Part shown: piece after piece, positions 10,371 to 20,394 of the stretch
Numbering within the stretch: the first letter of the stretch is position 1
Layout: each line of letters begins with the position of its first letter
From: Candidatus Aminicenantes bacterium
GTDB taxonomy: Bacteria > Acidobacteriota > Aminicenantia > Aminicenantales > JAFGBC01
Reading direction: 5' to 3'
DNA length: 64,000 nt
NCBI GenBank assembly: GCA_963702005.1
Contig: OY969696.1
Span: forward strand, 2,176,001 to 2,240,000
Made by a program: the position numbers and the translations under genes
The notes under the pieces: model-generated
The model's input: only the letters and a program-made list of their open reading frames with translations
Told to the model about the DNA's origin: nothing
The model's database searches: none

Positions 10371-11084
10371 TCAATCGACGGCTGGAGTCGTCTTTTCCGC
10401 GCAGGCCTTTTTAATCCTTTCCTTCTCAAGAAGGCGGAGCTGCCAGATCCAGACGAGGAGGATGAGGAAGGCCGAGAGGAGGCGGCGGGTCGGCGCGACG
10501 GTCAGGAAGTCGAACAGGCCGTGGATGAGGGCGGACAGAAAAAGCCCCCGGAGGGCGGCCTGCCAGATCGGGCGGCCCAGGATGGTCGCCGAGCCGACCA
10601 GGTACCCCCAGATCGAGGCGAAGACGGCATGGGTCAGCGGCGAAGCGAAGGCCCGGCCGACCAGGGCCCAGCCCTTCATGTCGGCGAGGTAGCCCAGGTT
10701 CTCGAAGCTGGCGAAGCCCACGGCCAGAACCGAGGCGTAGATGATCCCATCGATCTTCTCGTCGAAGGCCTTGAGCCTGCGCAGGATGAGGAGGAAGGGG
10801 AGGAACTTGAAGACTTCCTCGACGATCCCGATGATGCCGATACAGTAGATGAGGAAGTCGAACCGGGAGCCTCTGAGAAATGCCATTTGAAAATCGACCT
10901 GGAAGCCGAGCCCGGAGAGAAGCCCGTAGAACGCCCAGCACAGGAACCCGGCCAGGAAGCCCAGCCCGAAGGCCTCGATGAGGTTGACGACCGGCTCGCG
11001 CCGGAAGCAATCCTTGTAATAAAGATAGCCGACCCAGAATACGGCCGGCCCGAAAACCGCGGCGAACAGGATCCAGAGCGACAT
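10371..11084 (-). CDS. PrsW family intramembrane protease
   Basis: EEVFK, DGIIYA, GFASFEN, HAVF, HGLFD motifs. Confidence 0.88.
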   Translation of the reverse strand: MSLWILFAAVFGPAVFWVGYLYYKDCFRREPVVNLIEAFGLGFLAGFLCWAFYGLLSGLGFQVDFQMAFLRGSRFDFLIYCIGIIGIVEEVFKFLPFLLILRRLKAFDEKIDGIIYASVLAVGFASFENLGYLADMKGWALVGRAFASPLTHAVFASIWGYLVGSATILGRPIWQAALRGLFLSALIHGLFDFLTVAPTRRLLSAFLILLVWIWQLRLLEKERIKKACAEKTTPAVD

Positions 11085-11089
11085 GATTG

Positions 11090-12373
11090 TCAGAGATCCT
11101 TGCAGACCTTGGCGACGCGCTTGGCCAAAGCCATGATCGTCCAGATGGGCGGGTTGCCGAGCGAGGCGGGAAGCAGGCTGGCGTCGGCGATGTAGAGGTT
11201 CACCGGAAGCCGCTCGGGATGCAGGGATGACGCGTCGCGTGCCGTCAGGGGGATCATCCCGCCCGGGTGTCCGGCGTTGAGTGTCCCAAAGAACATCTTT
11301 TCCTTGGGGACGCCCAGCTCGCCCAAGATGTCGGCGCAAAGGTTTGTCCCTTCCCCGAGCCGAGCCGCGTCCTCGCCCGTTAATGGCTTATCGATTCCGG
11401 CCTCGCTGACCCGACCTGAAGGCGTATCCGCCAGCTTGACCATGAGGCTCAAGATATTCGCCGCCGGGACGGGCCAGCTCCCGTTGAAGAAGAAGCTGAG
11501 ATGGTCGAAGTAAGGAGATAGAATATAGCCGTCCCGTTGAGCTGCGAACGGCATCGGAAGTTCCGTGTCCTGGCGGGCGCCCTCCCATTCGGCGGCCAGG
11601 CAGAGGACCGGGTCCACAAACAAACGCGGCTCGCAGGGGATGCCGGACCGTTCGAGCAGGGGCGGCGTTCCCAGTCCCCCCGCGGCCAGGACAACGAGGT
11701 CGGAGGGGATTTCAAACCGGCGTAGGCCCTTCCGGGCCAGGACGCCCGCGGCCCGTCCCTCCCGAACTAGAACCTTTTCGACGCGGCGGCCCGTGATGAG
11801 GCGGGCGCCCCGGGCGCGCGCGTCGGCAAGAAATACCCGGCTGTCCCATTTAACGCCGTGAGGGCAGCCGAGGGTGCAGCGGCCGCAGCTCCGGCAAAGC
11901 TCGTAGCGGCCCATTTTGGGAAGGGGCCGCGGGTCGAGCCTCATCCCGGCGAAAACATCGAAGAGCCGCCGGGTGGGTTCGCGCCAAAGCCGGCCGTGGT
12001 CGGCGCTGACGGGAATATCCCTTTCGAGCTCTTCAAACTCCGGAGAAAGGTCGATGCCCAGCGCTTTAAGAGCCGCGTCCTGGCGGAGGGCGTTTCCGCA
12101 GGAGAGCGTCGTCGTGCCCCCCGTCCCGCGGCCGGAGATGAGGACCATGCCCTCGGCCGTTTTATCCACTCTCATAGCCGGGAAGAGGAGCTCGATCTCC
12201 TTTTCATTGAAGAGGAGTCCGAGCCGCTTGAGCCGGGCGGCCCGTTCGAGCGGCCAGCCGAACGGCCGAAACTCGCGTCCCGCTTCAATAACCGTCACAT
12301 CGAAGGAGCCGGCGAGGTCGCGCGCGGCGGCCGCCCCGCCCGCCCCGCTCCCGACCACGATTGCCTTTCTCAT
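11090..12373 (-). CDS. GMC-family FAD-dependent oxidoreductase
   Basis: VVGSGAGG, GTGGTT, CxxCxxCxxxC (CRSCGRCTLGC), HPGG, ADASLLP..GNPP. Confidence 0.85.
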   Translation of the reverse strand: MRKAIVVGSGAGGAAAARDLAGSFDVTVIEAGREFRPFGWPLERAARLKRLGLLFNEKEIELLFPAMRVDKTAEGMVLISGRGTGGTTTLSCGNALRQDAALKALGIDLSPEFEELERDIPVSADHGRLWREPTRRLFDVFAGMRLDPRPLPKMGRYELCRSCGRCTLGCPHGVKWDSRVFLADARARGARLITGRRVEKVLVREGRAAGVLARKGLRRFEIPSDLVVLAAGGLGTPPLLERSGIPCEPRLFVDPVLCLAAEWEGARQDTELPMPFAAQRDGYILSPYFDHLSFFFNGSWPVPAANILSLMVKLADTPSGRVSEAGIDKPLTGEDAARLGEGTNLCADILGELGVPKEKMFFGTLNAGHPGGMIPLTARDASSLHPERLPVNLYIADASLLPASLGNPPIWTIMALAKRVAKVCKDL

Positions 12374-12921
12374 GAACGGTCCTCTTCGAAGCGGAACACG
12401 GCCCGGCAGGCCGCCTTGCCCTCGGTCAGCCGTTCCCGGAATTTGAGGCGGCCTCCGCCGGCCAGCCCGGCCAGGACGCCTTCGTCGAGGGCGGAGATGA
12501 GCGAGCAGACCTCACGGCTGTAATGGCGGCTGAAGCCGCAGGCGCGGATGAGGACCTCGCCGTCGGGCCGGGCGTCGAAATCGATCCCGATCGTGCCGTA
12601 GAGGAGGCGAGCGAGCCGCAAAACCTCCTTACGCGAGGACGGTCCGAAGCGCCGTCTCAAGCGTTCTCCGAACCCGAACGCCCGCGCCCGGAGCCTGGCG
12701 CGGAGGACGGACTGTTCCTCGGGATGAGCCAGGGCCTTTTCGGCCTCGGACCGGCTGAAAAGGGCGTAAGCCTCGAGACGGGCCGGCCAGTCGCGGCCTT
12801 CGAGCGGCGGCGGCGGAACGCCGAACGCGTCGGCCGTCAACCCGGCCAGCTCCGAGAGCGCTCTCGTCTTCAGGGCCGGTGGGATCCAGATTTCGGCCAG
12901 TCTCAGCAGGATTCGGCTCAT
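12370..12921 (-). CDS. Hypothetical protein with V4R/ATC-hydrolase-like Cys pattern
   Basis: C-terminal C..(CGF)..C..DEG..G..C..F pattern; overlaps the GMC gene start. Confidence 0.55.
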   Translation of the reverse strand: MSRILLRLAEIWIPPALKTRALSELAGLTADAFGVPPPPLEGRDWPARLEAYALFSRSEAEKALAHPEEQSVLRARLRARAFGFGERLRRRFGPSSRKEVLRLARLLYGTIGIDFDARPDGEVLIRACGFSRHYSREVCSLISALDEGVLAGLAGGGRLKFRERLTEGKAACRAVFRFEEDRS

Positions 12922-12940
12922 GACAGGATTCCCCGCCGCG

Positions 12941-13360
12941 TCATGAGTCCTTCAGACCGCGCCGGCCGGCCAGGGCGACGACGGCCATGCCGATGAAGCC
13001 GTCCACAATGCCGTTGATGAGGAGGATGAGGAAGCGTCCCGTCGCGACGAACAGGATCAGGGACAGAAGGGCGCTGGCGAACTTGGCCTGGGCGAGGAGC
13101 GGGGGATAGGCCCGGCTTTCGGGACGGCGGTACATCAGATAGGCGAGGGCGGTTACGACGTACATATAAGCCGCCGCCAGGGCGACGAAAAAGGGCGATA
13201 CGGCGGTCGGGGAGGGCGGGAAGCCGAGCGGCCGGGACAAACCGTTGAAAAAAAGGAGGACGCGACCCGGGATGAGCAGGAAGCAAAGGCCGACGGCGGC
13301 GAAGACGGCCGCGGCGGCCAGGCTTCCCCTCCGGTATAACGTGGTGATCCGTTCCGTCAT
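12941..13360 (-). CDS. Small 4-TM membrane protein
   Basis: Four hydrophobic helices; GGAGG RBS; tightly packed in operon. Confidence 0.7.
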   Translation of the reverse strand: MTERITTLYRRGSLAAAAVFAAVGLCFLLIPGRVLLFFNGLSRPLGFPPSPTAVSPFFVALAAAYMYVVTALAYLMYRRPESRAYPPLLAQAKFASALLSLILFVATGRFLILLINGIVDGFIGMAVVALAGRRGLKDS

Positions 13361-13372
13361 GTTTCCTCCGGA

Positions 13373-14569
13373 CTATCGGGAATAGTAGAGCCGCATGAAG
13401 CGGGCCCGCGGTCCGAACCGGACCTTCTTTAACATCTCGCGGGTCTGCGAAGCCGAAAGCGGGATCCGGCCCCCGGAGACTTCCGCGAGGAGTCCGTAGT
13501 TCCGGTTCATGAAACAACTCTCCTCGGACGGGAAAAGGGATTTCATCTCCCGGATGATTTCGGCTAATGGCCTCTCCCGGATGTTCCCCAGGCTCAGCGG
13601 CGTGAAGACGCAGGGGCTGACTTCCCCGAAGGCGTCCACGTACACCATCTTGTGGCCGGCGTTGCAGCCGAAGTATTCGCGGCCCTCGAAATGCCCGAGA
13701 TAGTTGACGGTCATCCCGCCTTTTTTATTGTAAGCGTCCTGAAGACGGACAAGCCGGAGCCGGTCTTCCTCGGCAATGATGAGGTCTTCGGACCAGAATG
13801 CAGGAAGGCTCGGCTTGGCCTCGCTGATCCAGGCTTCATGGATGCCCAGTTCCTCCAGGAAGCTGAGCAGCTCCTCGGTTTCGCCGCGCCGGATTCCGGC
13901 CCGGGATAAAACTGCCGAGACGCCGACGTGGAGGCCGCCGGCGCGCAGGCAGGTTTCGATCGCCCGGAGAGCTTCGCGGTAGGCGCCCTTCTTCCCGCGG
14001 CAGCGGTCGTGCTCCTTCTCCCGCCAGTCGTCGAGGCTGACCGAGACCGAGAAGAGCCCGGCCTCAACCAGGTCCCGAGCGAGGGCTTCGGTCAGCCCGC
14101 ATCCCGTCGTGAACAGCTTGACGGCGCAGTCATGGGCCGCGCTCTCGGTGATCCGGACGATATCGCGGTTCAAGAGGGGCTCGCCGCCCGTCCAGCCCAT
14201 CCAGACGACCCCCAGCTCTTTGAGCTCGCGAACGACGCGGAGAATGGTCTCCGTATCCATGGGCCGGCCTTTGCGGCCGCGGTTGTAGCAGTAGACGCAT
14301 TTTTGAGGACAGGCATTGGTCAAGCCGACCTGGGCGTGGGTCGGCCCGTCCGACTTCCGGCGGAGATGCTCGCGGATAAACCTTCGGTAGGCCCGGCCGT
14401 TGACGGGCGGCAGATGGGAATGAAGAATGAGCCGCCCCCCGACATTGCGGACTCGGAATTTCCTCAGGTAGCGATTGAGGAACCAGACGAGCGGCGGCTT
14501 GACCAGGAGGATCTCCGGAGTCCCGGCCAATGCCTTCCACAAGGCCAACTGATCTTTGATGCGCGCCAT
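13373..14569 (-). CDS. Radical SAM protein with SPASM/Twitch domain
   Basis: CPQKCVYC, TGGEPLL, SVSLD, CNAG..VDAFGEVSPC. Confidence 0.92.
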   Translation of the reverse strand: MARIKDQLALWKALAGTPEILLVKPPLVWFLNRYLRKFRVRNVGGRLILHSHLPPVNGRAYRRFIREHLRRKSDGPTHAQVGLTNACPQKCVYCYNRGRKGRPMDTETILRVVRELKELGVVWMGWTGGEPLLNRDIVRITESAAHDCAVKLFTTGCGLTEALARDLVEAGLFSVSVSLDDWREKEHDRCRGKKGAYREALRAIETCLRAGGLHVGVSAVLSRAGIRRGETEELLSFLEELGIHEAWISEAKPSLPAFWSEDLIIAEEDRLRLVRLQDAYNKKGGMTVNYLGHFEGREYFGCNAGHKMVYVDAFGEVSPCVFTPLSLGNIRERPLAEIIREMKSLFPSEESCFMNRNYGLLAEVSGGRIPLSASQTREMLKKVRFGPRARFMRLYYSR

Positions 14570-14593
14570 AAGAAGTTCTTCCCCCGCTGTCCC

Positions 14594-15229
14594 TCAGTCG
14601 AACACGGTCTCTTGATCGGGATGCCCCAGAAATTTATAGAAGAGCTCGATCTGACCGCGCGTGATCCGCTCCTTGGAGAGGGGCGGAAGTTTCTTTCTGT
14701 CGAAAAACCTGGCGTCCGTGACCTCCCAACCCTTCTCAAGCGTCCCGCCGCGCTCGCGGCACAGGAACAGGAGTTTGTAGATATGGAAAGGGGAGGGCGG
14801 ATGGGGATGGAGGGCCTTGTCCAGGACCGCGATAAGCCGGATCGGTTCGACCTTAAGGCCCGTCTCTTCCCGCGTTTCCTTGACGACCGTTCCGGCCGGG
14901 GAGTAACCGATGTCGGCGAACCCGCCCGGCGGCGCCCAGCGGCCGTCCGCCTTTTCGCGGACGAGAAGAATCCGGCCCTCCCGGAAGACGCCGGCCCGGA
15001 CGTCGACCTTGGGCGTCTGGTAGCCGCGATTCCCCTCGAAAAACGGACCGATCGTCCCGACGGTCGTTCCGGTCAGGTTCGCCATCATCTTGAGGCTGAT
15101 CCTCTCGAGCTCCCGATAGCGGTCCCGCTCGTAGTCGTTGTCCGCGTAGGCGAGCCCCGTTTGGGCCAGGGCCAAGATCCGCTTGGCGCGGGCCAGCCAG
15201 GCGTTTTCCTTGACGGTCTTTCTCGGCAT
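14594..15229 (-). CDS. NUDIX hydrolase with N-terminal extension (ADP-ribose pyrophosphatase-like)
   Basis: LAQTGLAY..Y, GYQTPKVDVR, Nudix box GG....KETREETG. Confidence 0.9.
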   Translation of the reverse strand: MPRKTVKENAWLARAKRILALAQTGLAYADNDYERDRYRELERISLKMMANLTGTTVGTIGPFFEGNRGYQTPKVDVRAGVFREGRILLVREKADGRWAPPGGFADIGYSPAGTVVKETREETGLKVEPIRLIAVLDKALHPHPPSPFHIYKLLFLCRERGGTLEKGWEVTDARFFDRKKLPPLSKERITRGQIELFYKFLGHPDQETVFD

Positions 15230-15233
15230 GGCG

Positions 15234-16580
15234 TCAGACCTTTCCCGTCCGGCGTCCCGTCGTCCGGACCGCGGGGCTCGGCAGCCGGTTGTCATAAACG
15301 AGACAGCGAACGGGCTTGCCTTCGCGGAGATGCTTGGAACAGAGCGAGCAGGTCGTGCAGACCCGGTCCGCCGCGAGCGTCCCGTCGCGGTCCAGGGCGG
15401 CCGGCCAGTCCGGGTAGGCGAGGCTGCCCCGTCCCTGTCCGGCGATCGTCATCAGCCCCCCGCCGACGGCGGCGGCCGCGACCTGGGGAAAGAACTGGCG
15501 AAGCCAGGACATCCCGGTTCCGATGACGGCCAGCTCGGGGAACTCGTTTTGGATGCGGCCGGCGATGCGCAGGAGCCGGGCCGTGCCCTCGAGCGGATGC
15601 TCATCCGGCGTCGCGCCGCCCGGGATGGGCTTGTCGAAAGGACGTCCGAACCACGGCTTGTAAGCGGGAATCCCGACCGAAAAGCCCAGGAGAGAGACGC
15701 CCGACTCGGTGAGCCGGCGGATGACGGCGATGGGTTCGATCAGGTCCTCGCGGCCGGGGTCGTCCTCGTCGACGCCGAACCCGAAAGGCGAAGGAATCGT
15801 GTCGAAGGCGCTCAGACGGCCGGTCAGGATAAGGGAGGGCGTATCGTTCTTGATCCGGATGAGAGTCTCCAGAAGGAATCGCGAGCGGTTGGCGAGGGAG
15901 CCGCCGTAGCGGCTGTCGCGGCGGGTGAAGGAGGCGAGAAGCTCCGAAACGAGGTAGCCGTGGCAGGCTTTGACATCGACGCCGTCGAACCCGACTTCGC
16001 GGGCGATCCGGGCCGCGGTCAAGTAGCGATCCTGGATGGCCTGGAGGCTGCCGTCGTCCAAGAGCGGATAATTCCCAGGCAGGCTGAGGAGTCCGTCCAG
16101 GAAGGGGCTCCGGTGGGTGATAATGGGCTGGGGGATGCCCTCGGGCTTCGAGAAACGGCCGGAATGGGTCAGCTGAAGGATGAGAAGGGGACTCCGATCA
16201 GCGGCGCGGGCGGCTTTCCGGACGCGGGACACGAGACGCTTGAAGGCGGGCTTGGTCTCGGCCGTGATCATGAGCTGGTGGGGGTTGGAGCGGCCTTCGG
16301 CCGTAACGGCCGTCGCCTCGAACAAAATCAGGGACGCGCCGCCGGCCGCGTATCTTTCGTAGCGGCGCGCCGTCAGCGGAGTCGGGGACCCGTCGGCTTC
16401 CGCGTCCGCTGCTTCCATGGGCAGGACGGCCAGGCGGTTGGCGAGCGTCCGGCCCGCCACGACGATCTTGCTAAAGAGGGGCGAGATATCGTCTGCGAAG
16501 GGGATGTCGACCCCGAGCTCCTGCGTTTTACCGAGAAACTCTTCCCGGGTCTTGAAGGCGAACTCTTCGTGGGCGGCCAT
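15234..16580 (-). CDS. NADH:flavin oxidoreductase (Old Yellow Enzyme family)
   Basis: NRLAVLPME, LQLTHSGR, GFDGVDVKACHGYL, YGGSLANRSRF; C-terminal CTTCSLC. Confidence 0.9.
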   Translation of the reverse strand: MAAHEEFAFKTREEFLGKTQELGVDIPFADDISPLFSKIVVAGRTLANRLAVLPMEAADAEADGSPTPLTARRYERYAAGGASLILFEATAVTAEGRSNPHQLMITAETKPAFKRLVSRVRKAARAADRSPLLILQLTHSGRFSKPEGIPQPIITHRSPFLDGLLSLPGNYPLLDDGSLQAIQDRYLTAARIAREVGFDGVDVKACHGYLVSELLASFTRRDSRYGGSLANRSRFLLETLIRIKNDTPSLILTGRLSAFDTIPSPFGFGVDEDDPGREDLIEPIAVIRRLTESGVSLLGFSVGIPAYKPWFGRPFDKPIPGGATPDEHPLEGTARLLRIAGRIQNEFPELAVIGTGMSWLRQFFPQVAAAAVGGGLMTIAGQGRGSLAYPDWPAALDRDGTLAADRVCTTCSLCSKHLREGKPVRCLVYDNRLPSPAVRTTGRRTGKV

Positions 16581-16590
16581 ATCTTAATCC

Positions 16591-17595
16591 TCAGCGGGCT
16601 CGGGCTGCGCCGGCCTCGACAATGCCGCGGATGGCGTCCAGCCCGCGCCTGACCCTGCCCTCGCAAACGGATGGCCAGTCCTCCCGGCTCACGACGCTTA
16701 AAGAACCGCTCCGGACCAGGGACTCGGTCCTTGCCGCCGAACGGAGGAGCTTGGAGAATTCGGAGGCGTCGAGGTCGGGGAAGCCCGAAAGGAAGTCCGG
16801 GTCGAAGACGGGCATAGGGAAGCTCCCGCCATGGTCCTCGAGCGAGAGCGTGATCTGCCTTTCGATCCCGGATAGGGCTTCAAAGATGCCGGGAAAGTCA
16901 ACGATCCCGAGCCCGGCTTCGGCCGGAAACGAGATGAGCCCGGCTTCGTCGAGCAGGAGGCCGCCGTCCTTGACGTGGGTCGAGACGATCCAGGGCAGGA
17001 TCCGGAGCGTGGCGGAGAGAGGATCTTCGAGCATGGTCAAGAGGTTCATGGTGTCGAGGCAGATCCCCAGCGGGCCGCCCGGCTCGGCGCCGCTTCCTTC
17101 GAGAAGCCGGACGAGCTCGAAGGTCGTGAACTCGAAATGGGTCTCGATGGCGAGCGTCACTCCGAAATCACGGAGCATCGGGAGCTGGGAGCGAAGGCTT
17201 TCGGACGCGGCGCCGAGCAGGGTTTCCGTCGCCGACCCCTCGTTCTTCCAGCGCATCAACCCGCCCGAGCAGGAACGGATGAGCCCCACGCCGAGAGTCC
17301 GGGCCTGTTCCGCCGCGCGCTTGTTGATGGAGACGATGTCCTTGGGGCGGCCGGTCTCGAAGTCGATCGGAACGTGCTCGCCGCCGCCCCATTCCAGGTA
17401 GAGGCCTTTCTCCCGGGCGGAACCCTCGAGCTCGGACAGGAACGCGCGGTCGAGGGAACGGCCGGGCGGGAGGCCGACCTCGGAGAACTGAACGCCGTCG
17501 GCCCCGTTGGCGGCCGCCCAGTCCAGAAGCTCGGGCGCGGGCAGTCCGAGCGGCTTGAGGCTGTAGGCGTCTATCCCGACTTTGAAGGATTTCAT
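16591..17595 (-). CDS. Xylose-isomerase-like TIM barrel (sugar phosphate isomerase/epimerase)
   Basis: LAIETH, CLDTMN, THVKDG, G.G.VDF metal-binding motifs. Confidence 0.8.
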   Translation of the reverse strand: MKSFKVGIDAYSLKPLGLPAPELLDWAAANGADGVQFSEVGLPPGRSLDRAFLSELEGSAREKGLYLEWGGGEHVPIDFETGRPKDIVSINKRAAEQARTLGVGLIRSCSGGLMRWKNEGSATETLLGAASESLRSQLPMLRDFGVTLAIETHFEFTTFELVRLLEGSGAEPGGPLGICLDTMNLLTMLEDPLSATLRILPWIVSTHVKDGGLLLDEAGLISFPAEAGLGIVDFPGIFEALSGIERQITLSLEDHGGSFPMPVFDPDFLSGFPDLDASEFSKLLRSAARTESLVRSGSLSVVSREDWPSVCEGRVRRGLDAIRGIVEAGAARAR

Positions 17596-17607
17596 GTCCC
17601 AATGCGC

Positions 17608-18663
17608 TTAGCGGGTGGTCGGCGCCTCCGAGGTATGTTTCACGGAATAAGACAGGGCCACGAAGACGACGCCGATGACGGCGACGACCGCCGCCACGTG
17701 GATCACCGGAGTAAACAGCTGGTCGACGATGCGCAGGGGGATCCAGCGAAACTTGACCAGGACGAGGTCTCCCAGCTCCGAGGTCCAGGAACCTCGCCAG
17801 GCGAAGGGCCCGCCGGCGATCGCCCAGAGGGAAAAGCGTTTGATCACCAGGGCGAGCAGAAGGACGGGAAGGCTTCCAGCGATCACGGAAAATCCCGACC
17901 AGCGGAGAAATCCCGCACGCGAAGAAGCGGCGATGAGCGCGCCCAGGAAAATAAACAGGGCCGGGATCAAAAACAGGGCGTAGGACATCATCGCGACCGG
18001 CCGTGAAATCCCGGTTCGGAAGAGCGGGAAGGGCCGGGCGTCTTCGAAGAACGGCATTTCATCGTTCATATGAGAGACCATTCGGGTGCGGGCGTTGAGA
18101 AGGACGTCCTTGGCGACGGCCACGTCGGGAATACAGGCGGGGAGCTTGCGGCCGGCGCCGCCCGAGAGGGCGAGGTCCTGCCAGCGCTTCAGCCCCCCCT
18201 CGTCGCAGGTCGGGAGGTTCTTGAGCGTCTCTTCAAGGAAGCGGTCCACCTCCGGATGAAGGAGCGCCCGCTTGAGCGGCCGTAAATCGAGGGAGAGCGG
18301 TCGGACGGGTTCCTCCCCTCGGAGCATCGCGCCGATCCGCCGCAACGAATCGGTCAGTTCGCCTTGCAGCCAGTCCAGGAAACCGGTTTTGGCCATCAAC
18401 TCCCGCGGCGAGATCCCGGTTTTAGCGGCCGCTTGAAACCAGGCGCGCGTGTCGGGGTCGGCGATTTCGGTTTCGTCCCGGGCGGCGAGGAAGATCTGGT
18501 CCGCCTTGTCCGGAATTTCGGCTATGATTTTCCGCGGCAATTCGGACAGGAACTCCGCCGAGACGGTTGCCTTGACCAGGCCGACGGCCCAGATAATCCC
18601 GAACAGGATCGGCAGGCCGATGAGGACAATGATGAGCATTCCGATGATTTTTCTGGCGACCAT
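17608..18663 (-). CDS. Hypothetical membrane protein
   Basis: N-terminal TM, helical soluble domain, 3 C-terminal TM; GGAGG RBS. Confidence 0.65.
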   Translation of the reverse strand: MVARKIIGMLIIVLIGLPILFGIIWAVGLVKATVSAEFLSELPRKIIAEIPDKADQIFLAARDETEIADPDTRAWFQAAAKTGISPRELMAKTGFLDWLQGELTDSLRRIGAMLRGEEPVRPLSLDLRPLKRALLHPEVDRFLEETLKNLPTCDEGGLKRWQDLALSGGAGRKLPACIPDVAVAKDVLLNARTRMVSHMNDEMPFFEDARPFPLFRTGISRPVAMMSYALFLIPALFIFLGALIAASSRAGFLRWSGFSVIAGSLPVLLLALVIKRFSLWAIAGGPFAWRGSWTSELGDLVLVKFRWIPLRIVDQLFTPVIHVAAVVAVIGVVFVALSYSVKHTSEAPTTR

Positions 18664-18879
18664 GAGAATCCCTCCTATGGCATGATCTGCGTTTATCTTA
18701 TCAGAAAATACGAAAGGGCGGAAAAAAATGTTCCGCCCCGGTCCCTCCCGGTTCCCGCTCCCTCCCGATATCCCGGCTTTTAGCGGCGGGCCCGCCCTGT
18801 CCGCCCCCTATCCGCTCTTGACTTTGGGCCGGGCTTCGTGACATATAATAATGACCGCATACCTCAAGGAGAGGGATTT

Positions 18880-19503
18880 ATGCTGACCGAACTCCAAGAC
18901 GCCCTGCTTCAAGGAAAGAGAGACGAGGTCGTGGCCCTGGTCCAGAAAGCTCTGGACGCCGGCATCCCGACCGCCCGCATCCTCGACGAAGGCCTGATCG
19001 CCGCCATGGAAAAACTCGGGGTCATGTTCAAGAACAACGAGGTCTTCATCCCCGAGGTCCTAGTGGCCGCCCGGGCAATGCACGCCGGGCTGGCCCGGCT
19101 CGAGCCGCTCCTGGTCCGGGACGGGATCGAGCCCAAGGGCGTCGTCGTCATCGGAACGGTCAAGGGGGACCTCCACGACATCGGGAAGAACCTGGTCGCC
19201 ATGATGCTCCGCGGCGCCGGCTACAAGATCGTGGACCTCGGGGCCGACGTCACCCCCGACGCCTTCGTCCAGGCCGTCAAGACCCACAACGCCCACATCG
19301 TCGCCCTATCCGCCCTGCTGACGACGACCATGGTCCAGATGAAGAATGTCATCGAAGCCCTCCGTTCGGCCGGCCTTAAGACTCCGGTCATCATCGGCGG
19401 CGCGCCGGTCACCCTCGATTTTGCCAAAAAAATCACGGCGGCCGGATTCGCCCCGGACGCGGCGAGCGGGGTCGAGGAAGTCCGCCGCCTGCTCGTCCAT
19501 TAA
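18880..19503 (+). CDS. Corrinoid (B12-binding) methyltransferase cognate protein
   Basis: Cap domain (F..NEVFIPEVL) plus GDLHDIGKN, SALLTTT, IIGGAP. Confidence 0.92.
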   Translation: MLTELQDALLQGKRDEVVALVQKALDAGIPTARILDEGLIAAMEKLGVMFKNNEVFIPEVLVAARAMHAGLARLEPLLVRDGIEPKGVVVIGTVKGDLHDIGKNLVAMMLRGAGYKIVDLGADVTPDAFVQAVKTHNAHIVALSALLTTTMVQMKNVIEALRSAGLKTPVIIGGAPVTLDFAKKITAAGFAPDAASGVEEVRRLLVH

Positions 19504-19521
19504 AGGGGGAAGTAGGCTGGC

Positions 19522-20391
19522 ATGAAGGTTTCCGGGTACCCCAAGGTGTTTGCCCTATTCGGATTATTTTCCTTGATGGTTGCCGGCCCCGGTCTGGCCA
19601 AGGATAAAGTCGTCGTAAGCCAATGGGCGTCCGAGCCGCTCGAAGTCGACGGCCTGAATTTGGAATGGACGGCCGACGCCCTGACTTCCAAAGACGATAT
19701 GAAGGTTAGCTACGCCTTCCGGAACGACGACAAGGACCTCTATCTCGTCTTCGTTTTCAACGACCCGAAATATCTGAGCACGATCGACGCCACGGGCATG
19801 ACCGTCTATTTCAACGCCGAGGGCAAAAAGAAGAAGGACAACGGGGTCATTTTCAAGACCAAGCGGGCGACCCCCCAGGAGCTCATCGCCAACTGGGAGA
19901 AGGAAGGCCAGACGGTCAGCGACGAGCGCAAGCGTGAGCTCATGAGCCGCCCCTATTACATCGTCTTTTGGACTGATGTTATCAATAAAAAGCCGGATAA
20001 AACGACCGCGGCCGCGGCCGGAACCACCGTCTCCGACAAGCCTCCCGTCTTCCGGAACGGGTTCAAGGACAAACTCGCCGTCTACGAATTCCGGATCCCT
20101 CTGAGCCGGGCCGGCCAGCCGGGCGGAGTCGGCGCGGTCCCGGGCCAGACGATCAAGTTCGGGTTCGAGTGGGGCGGGATGACCGAGCAGATGCGCAAGG
20201 AGATGATCGCCCGCCGGGCTGCCATGGGAAGCCAGGCCGGAGCCCCCGAGGTCGATATCGATAACGCCCTGGGCGAAGGCGACGAAAGCGTCGATCTCGG
20301 CCAAGGCGGACCTTCCGGATTCTCACGCGGCCCCAAGCAATATTCTTTCTGGATCGACCTCAAGCTCGCGGCGGCCCCGGGCGGATTTTAG
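19522..20391 (+). CDS. Exported hypothetical protein (DOMON/CBM9-like N-terminus)
   Basis: Signal peptide; VDG...EW, NDDKDLYL, YEFRIPL. Confidence 0.6.
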   Translation: MKVSGYPKVFALFGLFSLMVAGPGLAKDKVVVSQWASEPLEVDGLNLEWTADALTSKDDMKVSYAFRNDDKDLYLVFVFNDPKYLSTIDATGMTVYFNAEGKKKKDNGVIFKTKRATPQELIANWEKEGQTVSDERKRELMSRPYYIVFWTDVINKKPDKTTAAAAGTTVSDKPPVFRNGFKDKLAVYEFRIPLSRAGQPGGVGAVPGQTIKFGFEWGGMTEQMRKEMIARRAAMGSQAGAPEVDIDNALGEGDESVDLGQGGPSGFSRGPKQYSFWIDLKLAAAPGGF

Positions 20392-20394
20392 TCC

